A stretch of 61,926 nt of DNA, the filler included, from Chiloscyllium plagiosum (Eukaryota), in NCBI RefSeq assembly GCF_004010195.1. It is 3 parts of one record of this genome, joined end to end, with 100 filler letters (N's around TTAATTAATTAA, not from the genome) between each part and the next. Parts side by side here need not be neighbours in the genome. Positions count along the whole stretch, not along the records: positions 29,842 to 53,448 come from NC_057714.1; 2 more parts are not named here. The stretch is one strand, 5' to 3'. Position numbers and translations under genes: made by a program. Positions within the stretch are counted from its first letter, which is position 1; every line of letters begins with the position of its first letter. Positions 33,506-46,121 of the stretch are shown here, one piece after another. Below the pieces are notes generated by a model that made no database searches, was not told the DNA's origin, and saw nothing but the letters and a program-made list of their open reading frames with translations.

Positions 33506-35715
33506 GTTCTAAATTGGAGAAAGGCCAAGTTTGACGGTATTAGGCAAGAACATTCGAAGGCTGATTGGAGGCAGATGTTCGCAGGTAAAGGGACGGTTGG
33601 AAAATGGGAAGCCTTCAGAAATGAGATAACAAGAATCCAGAGAAAGTATATTCCTGTCAGGGTGAAAGGGAAGGCTGGTAGGTATAGGGAATGCTGGATG
33701 ACTAAAGAAATTGAGGGTTTGATTTAGAAAAAGAAGGAAGCATATGTAAGATATAGACAGGATAGATCGAGTGAATCCTTAGAAGAGTATAAAGGAAGTA
33801 GGAGTATACTTAAGAGGGAAATCAGGAGGGCAAAAATGGGACATGAGATAGCTTTGGCAAATAATTTTAAGGAGAATCCAAAGAGTTTTTACAAACACAT
33901 TAAGGACGAAAGGGTAACTAGGGAGAGAATAGGGCCCGAAAATGTGTTGCTGGAAAAGCGCAGCAGGTCAGGCAGCATCCAAGGAGCAGGAGAATCGATG
34001 TTTCGGGCATGAGCCCTTCTCCTGCTCCTCGGATGCTGCCTGACCTGCTGCGCTTTTCCAACAACACATTTTCAGCTCTGATCTCCAGCATCTGCAGTCC
34101 TCACTTTCTCCTAGAGAATAGGGCCCCTCAAAGCACAGCAAGGCGGCCTTCGTGTGGAGCCACAGAAAATGGGGGAGATACTAAATGAGTAAATTGCATC
34201 AGTATTTACTGTGGAAAAAGATATGTAAGATATAGACTGTAGGGAAATAGATGGTGACATCTTGCAAAGTGCTGGATGTCTTGAAACGGTTAAAGGTGGA
34301 TAAATCCCCAGGACCTGATCAGGTATACCTGAGAACTCTGTGGGAAGCTAGGGAAGTGATTGCTGGGCCTCTTGCTGAGATATTTGTATCATCGATAGTC
34401 TCAGGTGAGGTGCCGGCAGACTGTAGGTTCGTAAATGTGGTGCCACTGTTTAAGAAGGGGGGTAAAGACAAGCCGGGGAACTATAGACCGGTGAGCCTGG
34501 CCTCAGTGGTGGGCAAGTTGTTGGAGGGAATCCTGAGGGACAGGATGTACATGTACTTGGAAAGGCAAGGACTGATTAGGGATAGTCAACATGGCTTTGT
34601 GCGTGGGANNNNNNNNNNNNNNNNNNNNNNNNNNNNNNNNNNNNNNNNNNNNNNNNNNNNNNNNNNNNNNNNNNNNNNNNNNNNNNNNNNNNNNNNNNNN
34701 NNNNNNNNNNNNNNNNNNNNNNNNNNNNNNNNNNNNNNNNNNNNNNNNNNNNNNNNNNNNNNNNNNNNNNNNNNNNNNNNNNNNNNNNNNNNNNNNNNNN
34801 NNNNNNNNNNNNNNNNNNNNNNNNNNNNNNNNNNNNNNNNNNNNNNNNNNNNNNNNNNNNNNNNNNNNNNNNNNNNNNNNNNNNNNNNNNNNNNNNNNNN
34901 NNNNNNNNNNNNNNNNNNNNNNNCTGCATTTTGAGAAAGCAAATCTTAGCAGGACTTATAACTTAATGGTAAGGTTCTCAGGAGTATTGTTGAACAAAGA
35001 GACCTTGGAGTGCAGGTTGATAGCTCCTTGAAAGTGGAGTCGCAGGTAAATAGGATAGTGAAGAAGGTGTTTGGTATGCTTTCCTTTATTGGTCAGAGTA
35101 TTGAGTACAGGAGTTGGGAGGTCATGTTGCAGCTGTACAGGACATTGGTTTGGCCACTGTTGGAAGACTGCGTGCAATTCTGGTCTCCTTCTTATTGGAA
35201 AGACGTTGTGAAACTTGAAATGGTTCAGAAAAGATTTAAAAAGATGTTGCCAGGGTTGGAGGATTTGAGCTACAGGGAGAGGCTGAACAGGCTGGGGCTG
35301 TTTTCCCTGGAGCATTGGAGGCTGAGGGGTGACCTTATAGAGGTTTACAAAATTATGAGGGGCATAGATAGGGTAAATAGGCAAAGTCTTTTCCCTGGGG
35401 TGTGGGAGTCCAGAACTAGAGGGCATAGGTTTAGGGTGAGAGGGGAAAGATATAAAAGAGACCTAAGGGGCAACTTTTTCACACAGAGAGTGGTATATGT
35501 TTGGAATGAGCTGCCAGAGGAAGTGGTGGAGGCTGGTACAATTGCAACATTTAAGAGGCATTTCGATGGGTATATGAATAGGAGGGGTTTGGAGGGATAT
35601 GCGCCAGGTGCTGGTAGGTGGGACTAGATTGAGTTGGGATATCTGGTCGGCATGGACGGGTTGGACCGAAGGGTCTATTTCCATGCTGGGCATCGCTATG
35701 ACTCTATGACTCTAA
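33506..35715 (+). mobile_element. CR1 (HER1-like) ORF2, 2.2-kb 5'-truncated copy
   Basis: KSPGPDQVY..VVPLFKKG..PGNYRPVSL..SQHGF (34251-34608); ORF 35010-35627; tail gactctatgactcta. Confidence 0.95.
33938..34112. mobile_element. PLE family A inverted mini-insertion, perfect 14-bp TSD
   Basis: agagaatagggccc at 33924-33937 and 34113-34126; inverted arms ~33938-33996 and ~34017-34074. Confidence 0.88.
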
Positions 35716-36172
35716 CTGACCACTCTCCTTTCATTGCACAACTGTGCTAAAATGCTGTTGCCAGGGTTGGAGGGTTTGAGCCAGAGGGAGAGACTAAATA
35801 GTCGAGGGCTATTTTCCTGGAGCGTCGGAGGTTGAGGGGTGATCTTATAGAGGTTTATAAAATCATGTGGGCCTTCACATAATGTTGTTCATGAGAGGAA
35901 AGACTGGGTTTATGTTTCTGGTTGCACACTAGATCGTCAACATTGTGTAGACTTCATCAACTGAGCTGATATCCTCCATTGATCAAAGACCCATGGTCCT
36001 CTGACTCAGTTGTCAAGACTTAATTAGCCATGAGGCATAAGTTAACCCCGATAATTGTGCTATGTGCTTCTTTGCTGGTACTGACCTTTCTTCAGTCGAT
36101 GACACCGTCAAATGTGTTTAGTCTGCTGACCTCGCTCTATGAGTATCTGTGCATTACAGAGTCAGATGCATA

Positions 36173-36478
36173 TGGGGACGGCACGATGGCTCAGTGGTTA
36201 GCACTGCTGCCTCACAGTGGCATGGACCCAGATTTGATTCCAGCCTTGGGCGACTGTCTGTATGGAGTTTGCACTTTCTCCCTGTGGCTGTGTGGGTGTG
36301 CTCCGGTTTCCTCCCACAATCTGAAGATGTGCAGGTCAAGTGAATTGGCCGTGTTAAATTGCCCATAGTGTTAGCTGCATTAGTCAGAGGGAAATGGGTT
36401 TGGGTGGCTTACTCTTCAAAGGAAGACTTGTGGGGCCGAAGGGCCTGTTTCTACACTGTAGGGAATCTGACCTAATCT
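36173..36478 (+). mobile_element. HE1 V-SINE
   Basis: Head ggcacgatggctcagtggttagcactgctgcc, V-domain, tail. Confidence 0.9.
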
Positions 36479-37204
36479 CTCCATGTATACATCTCCAGGC
36501 TCTCCTGCAAAACGCTCCAGCAATTTTCACTGTAACAGCGGTCATTATCGCTCGGTGCTGCATGGAGTCCGGTTAGCAGTTTTCCGCATATTTATTGACC
36601 GCTGTTTGAGAGACCTTAGGCAGCCAATGAGCTATAATAAGGATTTATGCTGAGAGTAGTGGGTGTGTGGAATGCACTGCCAGTGGTGGTAGCAGAGTCA
36701 GACATTAGGAAAATTAAGTGACTGCTGGGCAAGCACATGGATGGCAGTAAACTGAGGGGTGTGTGAGTTAGGTTGATCTTAGATTAAGATAAATGTACAA
36801 CATCGTAGGCCGAAGGGCCTCTGCTGTGCTATGTTCTAAGGGTAAGGAGCTGAGTTGGTAGTGAATAGAGAAACTGCACTATCGATCATTGTTCATGTCA
36901 GAGGTCGGTTTCTGCTTCCCTGGCCCCGTGAGGATATGCTGTTTTGGAGACTTTGCATTTGCACGATCTCAGGCAAAGGTGAGGACTGCAGATGCTGGAG
37001 ATCAGCGTCAAGATTAGAGTCATGCTGGAAAAGCGCAGCAGGTCAGGCAGGACTCTCCTGTTCCTCGGATGCTGCCTGACCTGCTGCGCCTTTCCAGCAC
37101 CACTCTGTACACAATCTCAGATAACCTTTTTTTTTCCCCCTTACGGGTGGTGCTGGCTCGAAGGGCAGAATGGCCTACTCCTGCACCTATTGTCTATTGT
37201 CTAT

Positions 37205-37540
37205 TATTCATTCACAGGAGGAGGGCACCATCAGTTGGGCAGCATTTATTGCCCAGAGGGCATTTAAGAGCCAACCACATCGCTGTGGGTCAGGAGTCAC
37301 GTGGAGCAGATCAGGTGAGGATGGCAATTTTCTTCCCTGAAGGGCATTAGTGAACCAGATGGATTTTGGCCGATAGTTGACAATGAATTTGTGGTCGTCA
37401 TTTGATTAATTCCACATCACCAGCGAATTCAAATTCCACTGTCCGCCAGGGCAGGATTTGGACCCAGGCTCCCAGAACATTACCCGAGTCTCTGGAGCAA
37501 CAGCCCGGGCGATAATATCACTAGACCATCACCTTCCCCA
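37205..37540 (-). mobile_element. SINE family B, near full length
   Basis: tRNA-like head near 37450-37530, core ggttcactaatgcccttcagggaaga, tail gggcaataaatgctg. Confidence 0.75.
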
Positions 37541-37623
37541 ACCTGACAGCGCTTTAGCCAACTAGTGAATGACTCCCTGCAGTGATGTGGAACCAGGAGT
37601 GTCCGTTGATGCATAGCAGGCTC

Positions 37624-37642
37624 TGACCAGCAGGAGGCGATG
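37624..37642 (+). promoter_or_regulatory. CTCF-like motif
   Basis: tgaccagcaggaggcgatg resembles CCAGCAGGGGGCG. Confidence 0.35.
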
Positions 37643-38164
37643 TTCCGAACCTGACACAAAATCAGAAAGTGCCAGGTTTACTCAGAGGGCCTGGGAGGGG
37701 CTGCAGAGAGAGTTAGGAAATTAATGTTCCCTCCCCATTGATAAAACGGTTTGTTGTTCTCAGGATCTGTCTGTAGATGCTGTAGGATGGGTAAACATTG
37801 GTACATCTGCCAAGGAGAGTTCTATTGTCTTGAAGAGCATCCTCTGAAGAGCATGATAAGAATAATGTGGGGTCAAGGATTTGGGGGTGCACGGAGACGA
37901 TGGAGTTTGGATGGAGACGAGGGGAAATGGCTTCCCCCAGAGAGTGGGGAGCCTGGGGAATTCTCTGACACGGAAAGTGGCCAAAATGTTGAGAGTATTT
38001 CAAGAGGGGTTTAGGTATAATTCTTAGGGCTAAAGGGATTGAAGGTAATAGTGAGAAAAAGCAGGAACAGGGATTGATCACCCAATGATTAGCTTGAAGG
38101 CTGGAGGAGGGTCAAAGGCTGCTCCTACTTTCTATATTTCTAGACTCAGTCTTGAATGGTCACA

Positions 38165-39040
38165 AGAATGCTCCAAAAACGCACAACACAGATGGCCTCC
38201 TTCTTCAAGGACCGCAATTTCCCCCCCAACGTGGTCGACGATGCCCTCCACCGCATCTCTTCCGCTTCCCGCTCCTCCGCCCTTGAGCCCCGCCCCTCCA
38301 ACCGCCACCAGGACAGAACCCCACTGGTCCTCACCTACCACCCCACCAACCTCCACGTACAGCGCATCATCCGCCGTCATTTCCGCTACCTCCAAACGGA
38401 CCCCACCACCAAGGATATATTTCCCNNNNNNNNNNNNNNNNNNNNNNNNNNNNNNNNNNNNNNNNNNNNNNNNNNNNNNNNNNNNNNNNNNNNNNNNNNN
38501 NNNNNNNNNNNNNNNNNNNNNNNNNNNNNNNNNNNNNNNNNNNNNNNNNNNNNNNNNNNNNNNNNNNNNNNNNNNNNNNNNNNNNNNNNNNNNNNNNNNN
38601 NNNNNNNNNNNNNNNNNNNNNNNNNNNNNNNNNNNNNNNNNNNNNNNNNNNNNNNNNNNNNNNNNNNNNNNNNNNNNNNNNNNNNNNNNNNNNNNNNNNN
38701 NNNNNNNNNNNNNNNTCGGATTTCACCAGTTTTCTCATTTCCCCTCCCCCCAGCCTGTCTCAGTCAAATCCATCGAATTCAGCACCGCCTTCCTAACCTG
38801 CAATCTTCTTCCCGACCTCTCCGCCCCCACCCCAGTCTGACCTATCACCCTCACCTTGCTCTCTTTCCACCTATCACATTTCCGACGCCCCTCCCCCTAG
38901 TCCCTCCTCCCTACCTTTTATCTTAGCCTGTTGGACAAACTCTCCCCATTCCTGAAGAAGGGCTTATGCCCGAAACGTCGATTCTCCTGTTCCCTGGACG
39001 CTGCCTGACCTGCTGCGCTTTTCCAGCAACACATTTCCAG
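38165..39040 (+). mobile_element. Penelope-like element (family A) 3' portion with hammerhead core, 14-bp TSD
   Basis: QMASFFKDRNFPP..RTPLVLTYHP..IIRRHF; cttgaatggtcaca at 38151-38164 and 39041-39054; ctgaaga..gaaacgtc at 38952-38979. Confidence 0.9.
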
Positions 39041-39237
39041 CTTGAATGGTCACATCCAGGTCAACTGCCCTGTACAGTCCAACTGCTTCATTACTTCATC
39101 ATCTTCCTCAGAGCACCTCATCTGTGTTGTCTATGTGTTGGTCATTGAAGCTGTTGCTACATTATTTGGAGAAATTGTGCCAACCAGCAGAGAGAAATGA
39201 ATGAAATGATCACTGATCTCTCAATGCTCATATACAA

Positions 39238-39565
39238 TGGGGTGGCCCAGTGGCTCAGTAGTTAGCACTGCTCCCTCACAGCACCAGGGATCCGGATACG
39301 ATCCCAGCCTCGGGTGACTCTGTGTGGAGTTAGTATGTTCTTCCTGTGTCTGAGTGCTCTGGTTTCCTCTTACAACCCCAAGATGGGCAGATCAGGGTGG
39401 ATTGGCCATTGGGAAATTGTGTTCAGGGGCAGGCAGGTTAGGTGGATTAGCCATTGGAAATGCAAGGTCACGGGGGAGGTGTGCCTGGGTGGGATGCTCT
39501 TCGGAGGGATGGTGTGACCTTGGTGGACCGAATGGCCTGCTTCCACACTGCAGGGATTCTATGAC
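39238..39565 (+). mobile_element. HE1 V-SINE, diverged
   Basis: Head, partial V-domain, tail ttccacactgcagggattctatga. Confidence 0.82.
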
Positions 39566-40605
39566 TGAGCTGAGAAGAAATGTCTTCACCCAGAGAGTTG
39601 GGAGCCTGGGCATTCTCTCTCACAGAGAGCATTTTATGTCAAATACGTTCATGCCTTCAAGAAGGAGCTTGATGACTTTGTTCAGGGTGGGGGCAGAGAT
39701 CAGGAACAGAAGACTCACTTGGATGATCAGCCATGATCCTATTGAATGGTAGAGCAGGCTCGAAGGGCTGAATGGCCTCCTCCTGCTCTTATTTTCTGTG
39801 ACTGGCCGTCATTGACAGCTCAGGCCTGACACCGAAAAGAGCACTGCAGTGCTTTGAATCTCAGGCTTTGTAGGTTTTCTTTCTTCACTTTTATCAAAAT
39901 AAATTATATCTTTTTCATAAACAGAAGGGTGAACCCATCGAGTGCCAGTGTTGTGTGTTTTGTTTCTCCGTGTGCGCGTGCGCGCATGCAAGGACGTGGA
40001 GTGTGTGTGAGAGAAAATGTGTGTGTGTGTGTGTAGGGGTTGTGGGGGTATGGAGGTGTGGGTGAGTGTGTGTGTGCATGTCTGAGAGGGTGTGTGTGTG
40101 AGGAGGATGTGTGTTCCCATTCATCATCCTGGCATAGCCTTCTCTTGGACGGATATTTGCTATAAAAACCACTGCTGAAAACCTCACCATAAAATCTTTA
40201 TCAAACAACAAATCCAATGTACATTAATATGCTGGTTTTGTTGGTTCTCTTCCCTGCCCTGTGAGTGTGACAGTGGGAGAGAGAGAGTGAGAGATGAGTG
40301 TATGTGTGTGTGTGTGTGTAGTGCTTTGTGAATTGACTGGAGGGAGCTGATTTTCGAAGTGTCTAGATGACTTTCCCTTGCCTGTGATTCTGGTCTGTGG
40401 TTTCCCAATTATAATAATGCAGTGGATCTGCTTGGCAGCTGGTTAGGCTCAACATTTCATTCTGTCACTTGCTTTAAAGGGATAAGGCTGGCCTTTACTG
40501 AGTAATGGTGCAGCACATCTCCCCATCGGTATGGCAGTAACATTTCACAGGCACAAACAGGGGGAGAACATTCCGGAAATACTGACATATCTTGCACGGC
40601 ATTTC

Positions 40606-40710
40606 AGATAGATAGGTGGATAGACAGACAGATAGATACATAGATAGATAGCTGGATAGACAGACAGACAGATAGATAGATAGATAGATAGATAGACAGA
40701 CAAACAGACA
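40606..40710. repeat. (GATA/GACA)n microsatellite
   Basis: Seen directly in the sequence. Confidence 0.95.
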
Positions 40711-41419
40711 AATGTCACTGACCATCATTGATTCCCAACCTGACAATCCTTCCATATTAATACTACTCTTGTTCCCAAATCTCTCTGAGTTCTCATGCCC
40801 CTCTCTCACTGCAATCTCCTCCAGCCTGATGACCCCCTGAGATTCTCAATGTTCCGTTTCTTCCTGTCTGTCTTCTGCTTCTCGATTTCCATTGCTCCAA
40901 TCCTGGGGACTATGCTTACAGGTCCCTGATCCCCCAAGTTCCGGATTTTCCCTCCCATACCTCGCCATCTCCTTTGGCTCCTTTCAACACACCCATTAAA
41001 AGCTACCTCCTTGACTGAGCTTTCCGGAGTTACAACAAAGTAAGTTCATGATATGTCACTGTTAGTATTTGGAGCTGTAGGTTCTATACTGGACTTAACA
41101 TGTGACAGAGTCAGAGAAACCTGATCCGAATTTCGAGGTTGTGAGGGCTTTATGTGGAATGACTTAATTTTATTTCCAAGTCCTGTGAGTGATTTGTTTA
41201 TGCAAATTAGTTTACTTCCACTTAAATGAGGCTTTTTCTGAAAAATAAAATATTTGAGGTGAATAGTTCAGTGCCCTGGAAAGAGAAAAAATAAGAGTGT
41301 CAGATTGCAACAAGGCATTTTATGACAGAGAGAGACAGAGACAGAAAAAGATTCCCTTTAAGAAGAGAGACCTATCCTGTAGGTCAGTGAGTGTGCAGGT
41401 TTCTTTCAGATAGAAGCAG

Positions 41420-41762
41420 ATCATTAAGATAATCAGAGGGTTAGATAGGGCTGACAGGGAGAGCCTTTTTCTAGGTATGGGGACGGCAAACACAAGGGGA
41501 CACAACTTTAAAGTGAGGGGAGATAGGTATAAGACAGATGTCAGAGGTAGTTTCTTTACTCAGAGAGTAGTAAGGGTATGGAATGCTTTGCCTGCAACGG
41601 TAGTAGATTTGCCAAGTTTAAGTACATTTAAGTCGTCATTGGACAGGCATATGGACGTACATGGAATAGTGTAGGTGGGATGAGCTTCTGATTAGTATGA
41701 CAGGGTGGCGCAACATCGAGGGCCGAAGGGCCTGTATTGCGCTGTAATGTTCTATGTTCTAT
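41420..41762 (+). mobile_element. CR1 3' end
   Basis: ORF 41477-41674 TRGHNFKVRG..FFTQRVVRVWNALP; tail ttctatgttct. Confidence 0.9.
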
Positions 41763-41934
41763 TAAACAAGAAAGCTTCATGAGGAGCAGATTTAGCTATT
41801 TCTAGAGTAGTCAGTGATGGAGAAAAGAAGTCTTGTATGGTTTAATATCAGTAAGAAAGTTATGAAACACAGACGGCTGCTTAAGGGGATTTAAAGAATT
41901 CGAGCTAAGGAATAAGTGAGCTTCATTAGCTACT

Positions 41935-42120
41935 TAATAAAAACTGAAAGAACCGTGGACGCTGTAAATCAGAAACGAGAACAGAAATTGTTGGAGAAGC
42001 ACAGCAGATCTGGCAGCATCTGTGGAGAGAGAAATCAGAGTGCTGGACCCGAAACGTTAACTCTGATTGCTCTCCATGGATGCTGCCAGACCTGCTGAGC
42101 TTTTCCAGCAATTTCAGTTT
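41935..42120. mobile_element. PLE family B inverted mini-element
   Basis: Inverted arms cagcagatctggcagcatc / gatgctgccagacctgctg around gacccgaaacgtt. Confidence 0.7.
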
Positions 42121-42692
42121 GAGTTGTCAGTTCAGGAGTTTCATGAAGAAACATTAACAAAAGAAGATCGAATTGAGTGAATATAGAGGTTTGCTGGAAA
42201 AAGAGCCGATAATGAGTGTCTTACTGAGCAATGAACATTCAAGCATAAACAGGGTGGCCCTTTACGGGGATGTTGTAGAGGGTAAAGGGTCTATTTCTTT
42301 CTGATAAGGCTAGTTCAATGAATGAATGATTTAAGTATCACACGTATTTTACAGTGAAAAGTTTTCACCGTCACCATGATTACGGGAGTCATTTTGAATC
42401 ATTTAAGGATAATATTTTTAAAAAGATATAGCTTAATGAGAGCCCATTACCCATCCACCGCTGTCAGCACAGGCCAGACCAATCTTGAAGGCGCTGATCC
42501 TCAGGCGCCATCTTTCATCGCTGGATCTACCTCACCGATGTAGCAGCCAATGCTGCGTCCCGTGCTCACCCCTCTGCCAGCCGTCTCCTCACCACCATCT
42601 GCCAGGGTCCTGTTCTGGGCTCACCCACCGATGCCACGCTCCAGACCCCGACGAAGCCGCCTTCCTCGTCAATGCCATCACCTCTGTCTCAC

Positions 42693-43125
42693 CCCCAACC
42701 CCCAACCAACCCCAACCAACCCCAACCCCCAACCAACTCCCAACTCCCAACCAACCCCCAACCAACCCCCAACCAACCCCAACCTCCAACCAAACCCAAC
42801 CCCNNNNNNNNNNNNNNNNNNNNNNNNNNNNNNNNNNNNNNNNNNNNNNNNNNNNNNNNNNNNNNNNNNNNNNNNNNNNNNNNNNNNNNNNNNNNNNNNN
42901 NNNNNNNNNNNNNNNNNNNNNNNNNNNNNNNNNNNNNNNNNNNNNNNNNNNNNNNNNNNNNNNNNNNNNNNNNNNNNNNNNNNNNNNNNNNNNNNNNNNN
43001 NNNNNNNNNNNNNNAACCAACCCCAACCAATCCAAACCCCCAACCAATCCCCAACCAACCCCAACCAACCCCAACCAACCCCAAACCTCAACCAACCCTA
43101 ACCCCCAACCAACCCCAACCAACCC
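42693..43125. repeat. C/A-rich low-complexity repeat (ccccaaccaa) spanning a gap
   Basis: Seen directly in the sequence. Confidence 0.9.
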
Positions 43126-43251
43126 GAGTTCTTCCCAGGAGATAAGTGGAAGCAAAAAGTAAAAAGACAAACAAAGTCAGCTGTTCTTTATAGTGTGACA
43201 GAGTATGTGTTTGTTTGCCATTTTGGGAGTAATAAACTTCGCTTTTCTTTT

Positions 43252-43586
43252 CATAGAATCCATACAGCTTGGAAATAGATCCCTTCGGCCCAACAAGTCC
43301 ACATCGACCATCCCACCCAGACCCATTCCCCTGTTACTCTACATTTACCCCTGACTAATGCACCTGACCTACACATCCCTGAACACTACGGGTAATTTAG
43401 CATGGCCAATTCACCTGACCTGCACATCTTTGGACTGTGGGAGGAAACCGGAGCACCCGGAGGAAACCCACGAGGGCACAGGGAAAATGTGCAAACGTAA
43501 CACAGACAGTCACCCAAGGCAGGAATCAAACCCAGGTCCCTGGCACTGTCAGGCAGCAGTGCTACCCACTGAGCCACCATGTCGCC
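43252..43586 (-). mobile_element. HE1 V-SINE carrying a single 51-bp internal unit
   Basis: Two cctgacct(a/g)cacatc direct repeats 51 bp apart; head and V-domain. Confidence 0.9.
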
Positions 43587-43597
43587 CTTGGTGCAGG

Positions 43598-43845
43598 TTG
43601 GATGTTGGTTGAGGGTTAAAAGTTGAGCCGGGGCTGGAGTGGGAAACCCCCTCCGCTCTGCTTTGAAAAAGAGCCCATGGGTGCAGAGGAGAGAGTAGAG
43701 TAGACCTCGGCTTAAATCCCATCTGAAACACAGTACCCCTGACAGTGCTGCACTCCCTCAGTGTTGCGTTGAGAACATCAACTGAATGTTCTTGCATCTA
43801 TAACTCTCTGACTCAGAAGTGTGAGTGCTGCCAATTCAGTTTCTC
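43598..43845 (-). mobile_element. Old Deu-domain SINE (AmnSINE1/SacSINE1-like); more degenerate copies at ~13470-13620 and ~61250-61530
   Basis: Reverse ctgagggagtgcagcactgtcaggggtactgtgtttcagatggg..ccgaggtc resembles the recalled DeuSINE core. Confidence 0.55.
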
Positions 43846-45186
43846 TCTGAGTATAATCGTTTCATCCTGAATTTTCAGAAGGATGTCACGCCAACAATCA
43901 GTAGTAGGTCTCTTTGTTATTTAACAGTGTGTAGAGGTGTCCCAAAGGGACTTCTTTGTCACATTATAGCAGCCAGTGTTCAACATGTTACGTCTGACAG
44001 AGAGTAATGTCAGGGAAATATCCCTTAATCTCCTGGCCTAGCATTGCCAAACAACATAGATTGGACTCAATTACATGGAATTTAAACCACATCCATATGT
44101 CCCTGTTGTTTGCAGATGGAAGGAATGTGGACTCGTAGAGTCATAGAGTCATAGAGCATAGAACCAGACCCTTCGGCCCAACCAATCCATGCCGACCATA
44201 ATCCCAAACTAAACTAGTCTCCCTTTAACCCTTGATCCCCATGACAATCAGGAACCTATCTATCTCAGTCTTAAATATACTCAATGATCTGGCCTCCACG
44301 GCCTTCAGTGACAATGAATTCCACAGATTCACCACTCTCTGGCTGAAGAAGTTTCTCCTTATCTCCTGTTTTAAAGGGTCTTCCCTTTACTCCAAAGCTG
44401 TGCCCTCGATTCCTAGTCTCTCCTGCCAATGGAAACACCTTCCCAATGTCCACTCTCTCCACGTCATTTAGTATTCTGTAAGTTTCAACTAGATTCAAAG
44501 GGTTGGAGGGATTTAGGCCAGGAGCAGCTGGTGGGGGGGACTAGTTTAGTTTGAGCTTATGGTCAACAGGGACTAGTTGGGCCGAAGGGTCTGTTGTCGT
44601 GCTGTAGGACTCTGTGACTCTGAAGATAAGCTGTGGCTCCATCGTGGGCCAGTAACAGTCCCGAGGAATGGCCTGCAGCCGACCCCCGGCAGGGATTTGA
44701 ACCTGCTTTTGAGTCATGAGCAGCAGGTGTGCTGAGAGAGTGAGCAAGACCTTGCCAGTGTCTGTCGTCAATGGAACTAAATGCAGTCAAGTGCACTGCA
44801 CAAGTTTGTTTGACAGTCTGAAGCTTGCCTGAGCAAAGGCTTCTATTCATTTCCCACTCAGCTAAAAGGTATTCATCAGGCTGACAACAGCATAATGCAC
44901 ACAACATCTAACAGGGCGCTATTCACTGAGCTCAGTCTTGGCTATTAGCCATTGTGAGCAAGATGCTTGCTTTTTTCCTGGTCTACTTCAGAATAAAGCC
45001 GTCAGATCTTTCACCCTTGTGTTTAACCGCAGAGAGGACTTTGGTCTAAAATCCCATTCAAAAGCTCATACCTTCGAATCTGTAGGCAAGTTACCTGAGC
45101 CTGACTCTCCAATCTGGGGTTTAAACCTGGAATCTGAATGGGGTAGAGACCAGGGTTCTGTTCATGGTGAAACAGAGTTAATATTG

Positions 45187-45988
45187 ATAGAATCCCCACA
45201 GTATGGAAGGAGGCCATTCAGCCCGTCGAGTCCACACCAACTGTCCAAAGGGCATCCCATCCTATCCCTGTTACCCCGCATTTCCCATGGCTAATCCACC
45301 CTAACCTGCACATCCCTGAACACTATGGATACTTTAGCAGAGCCAATCCACCCAAACCTGCACATCCCTGGACACTATGGGCAATTTGGCATGGCCATCC
45401 AACCCTAACCTACACATCCCTGAACACTATGGGCAATTCAGCATGGCCATTCCACCTTAACCTACACATCCCTGGATACTATGAGCAATTTCCCATGGCC
45501 AGTCCCCCTAACCTGCACATCCCTGGACACTATGGGCAATTTGGCATGGCCATTCAACCCTAACCTGCATATCCCTGGACACTATGGGCAATTTGGCATG
45601 GCCATTCAACCCTAACCTACACATCCCTGAACACTATGGGCAATTCAGCATGGCCAATCCACCCTAACCTGCACATCCCTGGACAATCCACCCTAACCTG
45701 CACATCCCTGGACACTATGGGGAATTTAACATGGCCAATCCACCCTAACCTGTACATCCCTGCACTATAGGCAATTCAGCATGGCCATTCCACCCCAACC
45801 TGCACATCCCTGGATACTATAGGCAATTCAGCATGGCCAATCCATCCTGACCTGCATATCTTTGGATCGCGGAAGGAAACTGGAAACGCAGACACAGGGA
45901 GAATGTGCAAACTCCACGCAGACAGTTACCCGAGGCTGGAATCGAACCTGGGACCCTGGTGCTGTGAGGCAGCAGCGCTAACCACTGA
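45187..45988 (-). mobile_element. HE1 V-SINE with ~11 copies of the ~52-bp internal unit (45290-45860)
   Basis: Head at 45940-45988; repeated ccctaacctgcacatccctggacactatgggcaat. Confidence 0.92.
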
Positions 45989-46121
45989 GAGATACAATAG
46001 CAACATTTAAGAGGCATTGAGACAGACACATGAACTGACAGGGAATAGAGGGATATGGACCATGTGTAGGGAGATGGGATTAGTTTAGAATGGCATCAAT
46101 GATTGGTGCAGGATTATGGTG

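Noticed and set aside
41101..42310. Possible LTR starting tgtgacagag
   Set aside because: No matching CA end or TSD could be identified, so it is not supported as a feature
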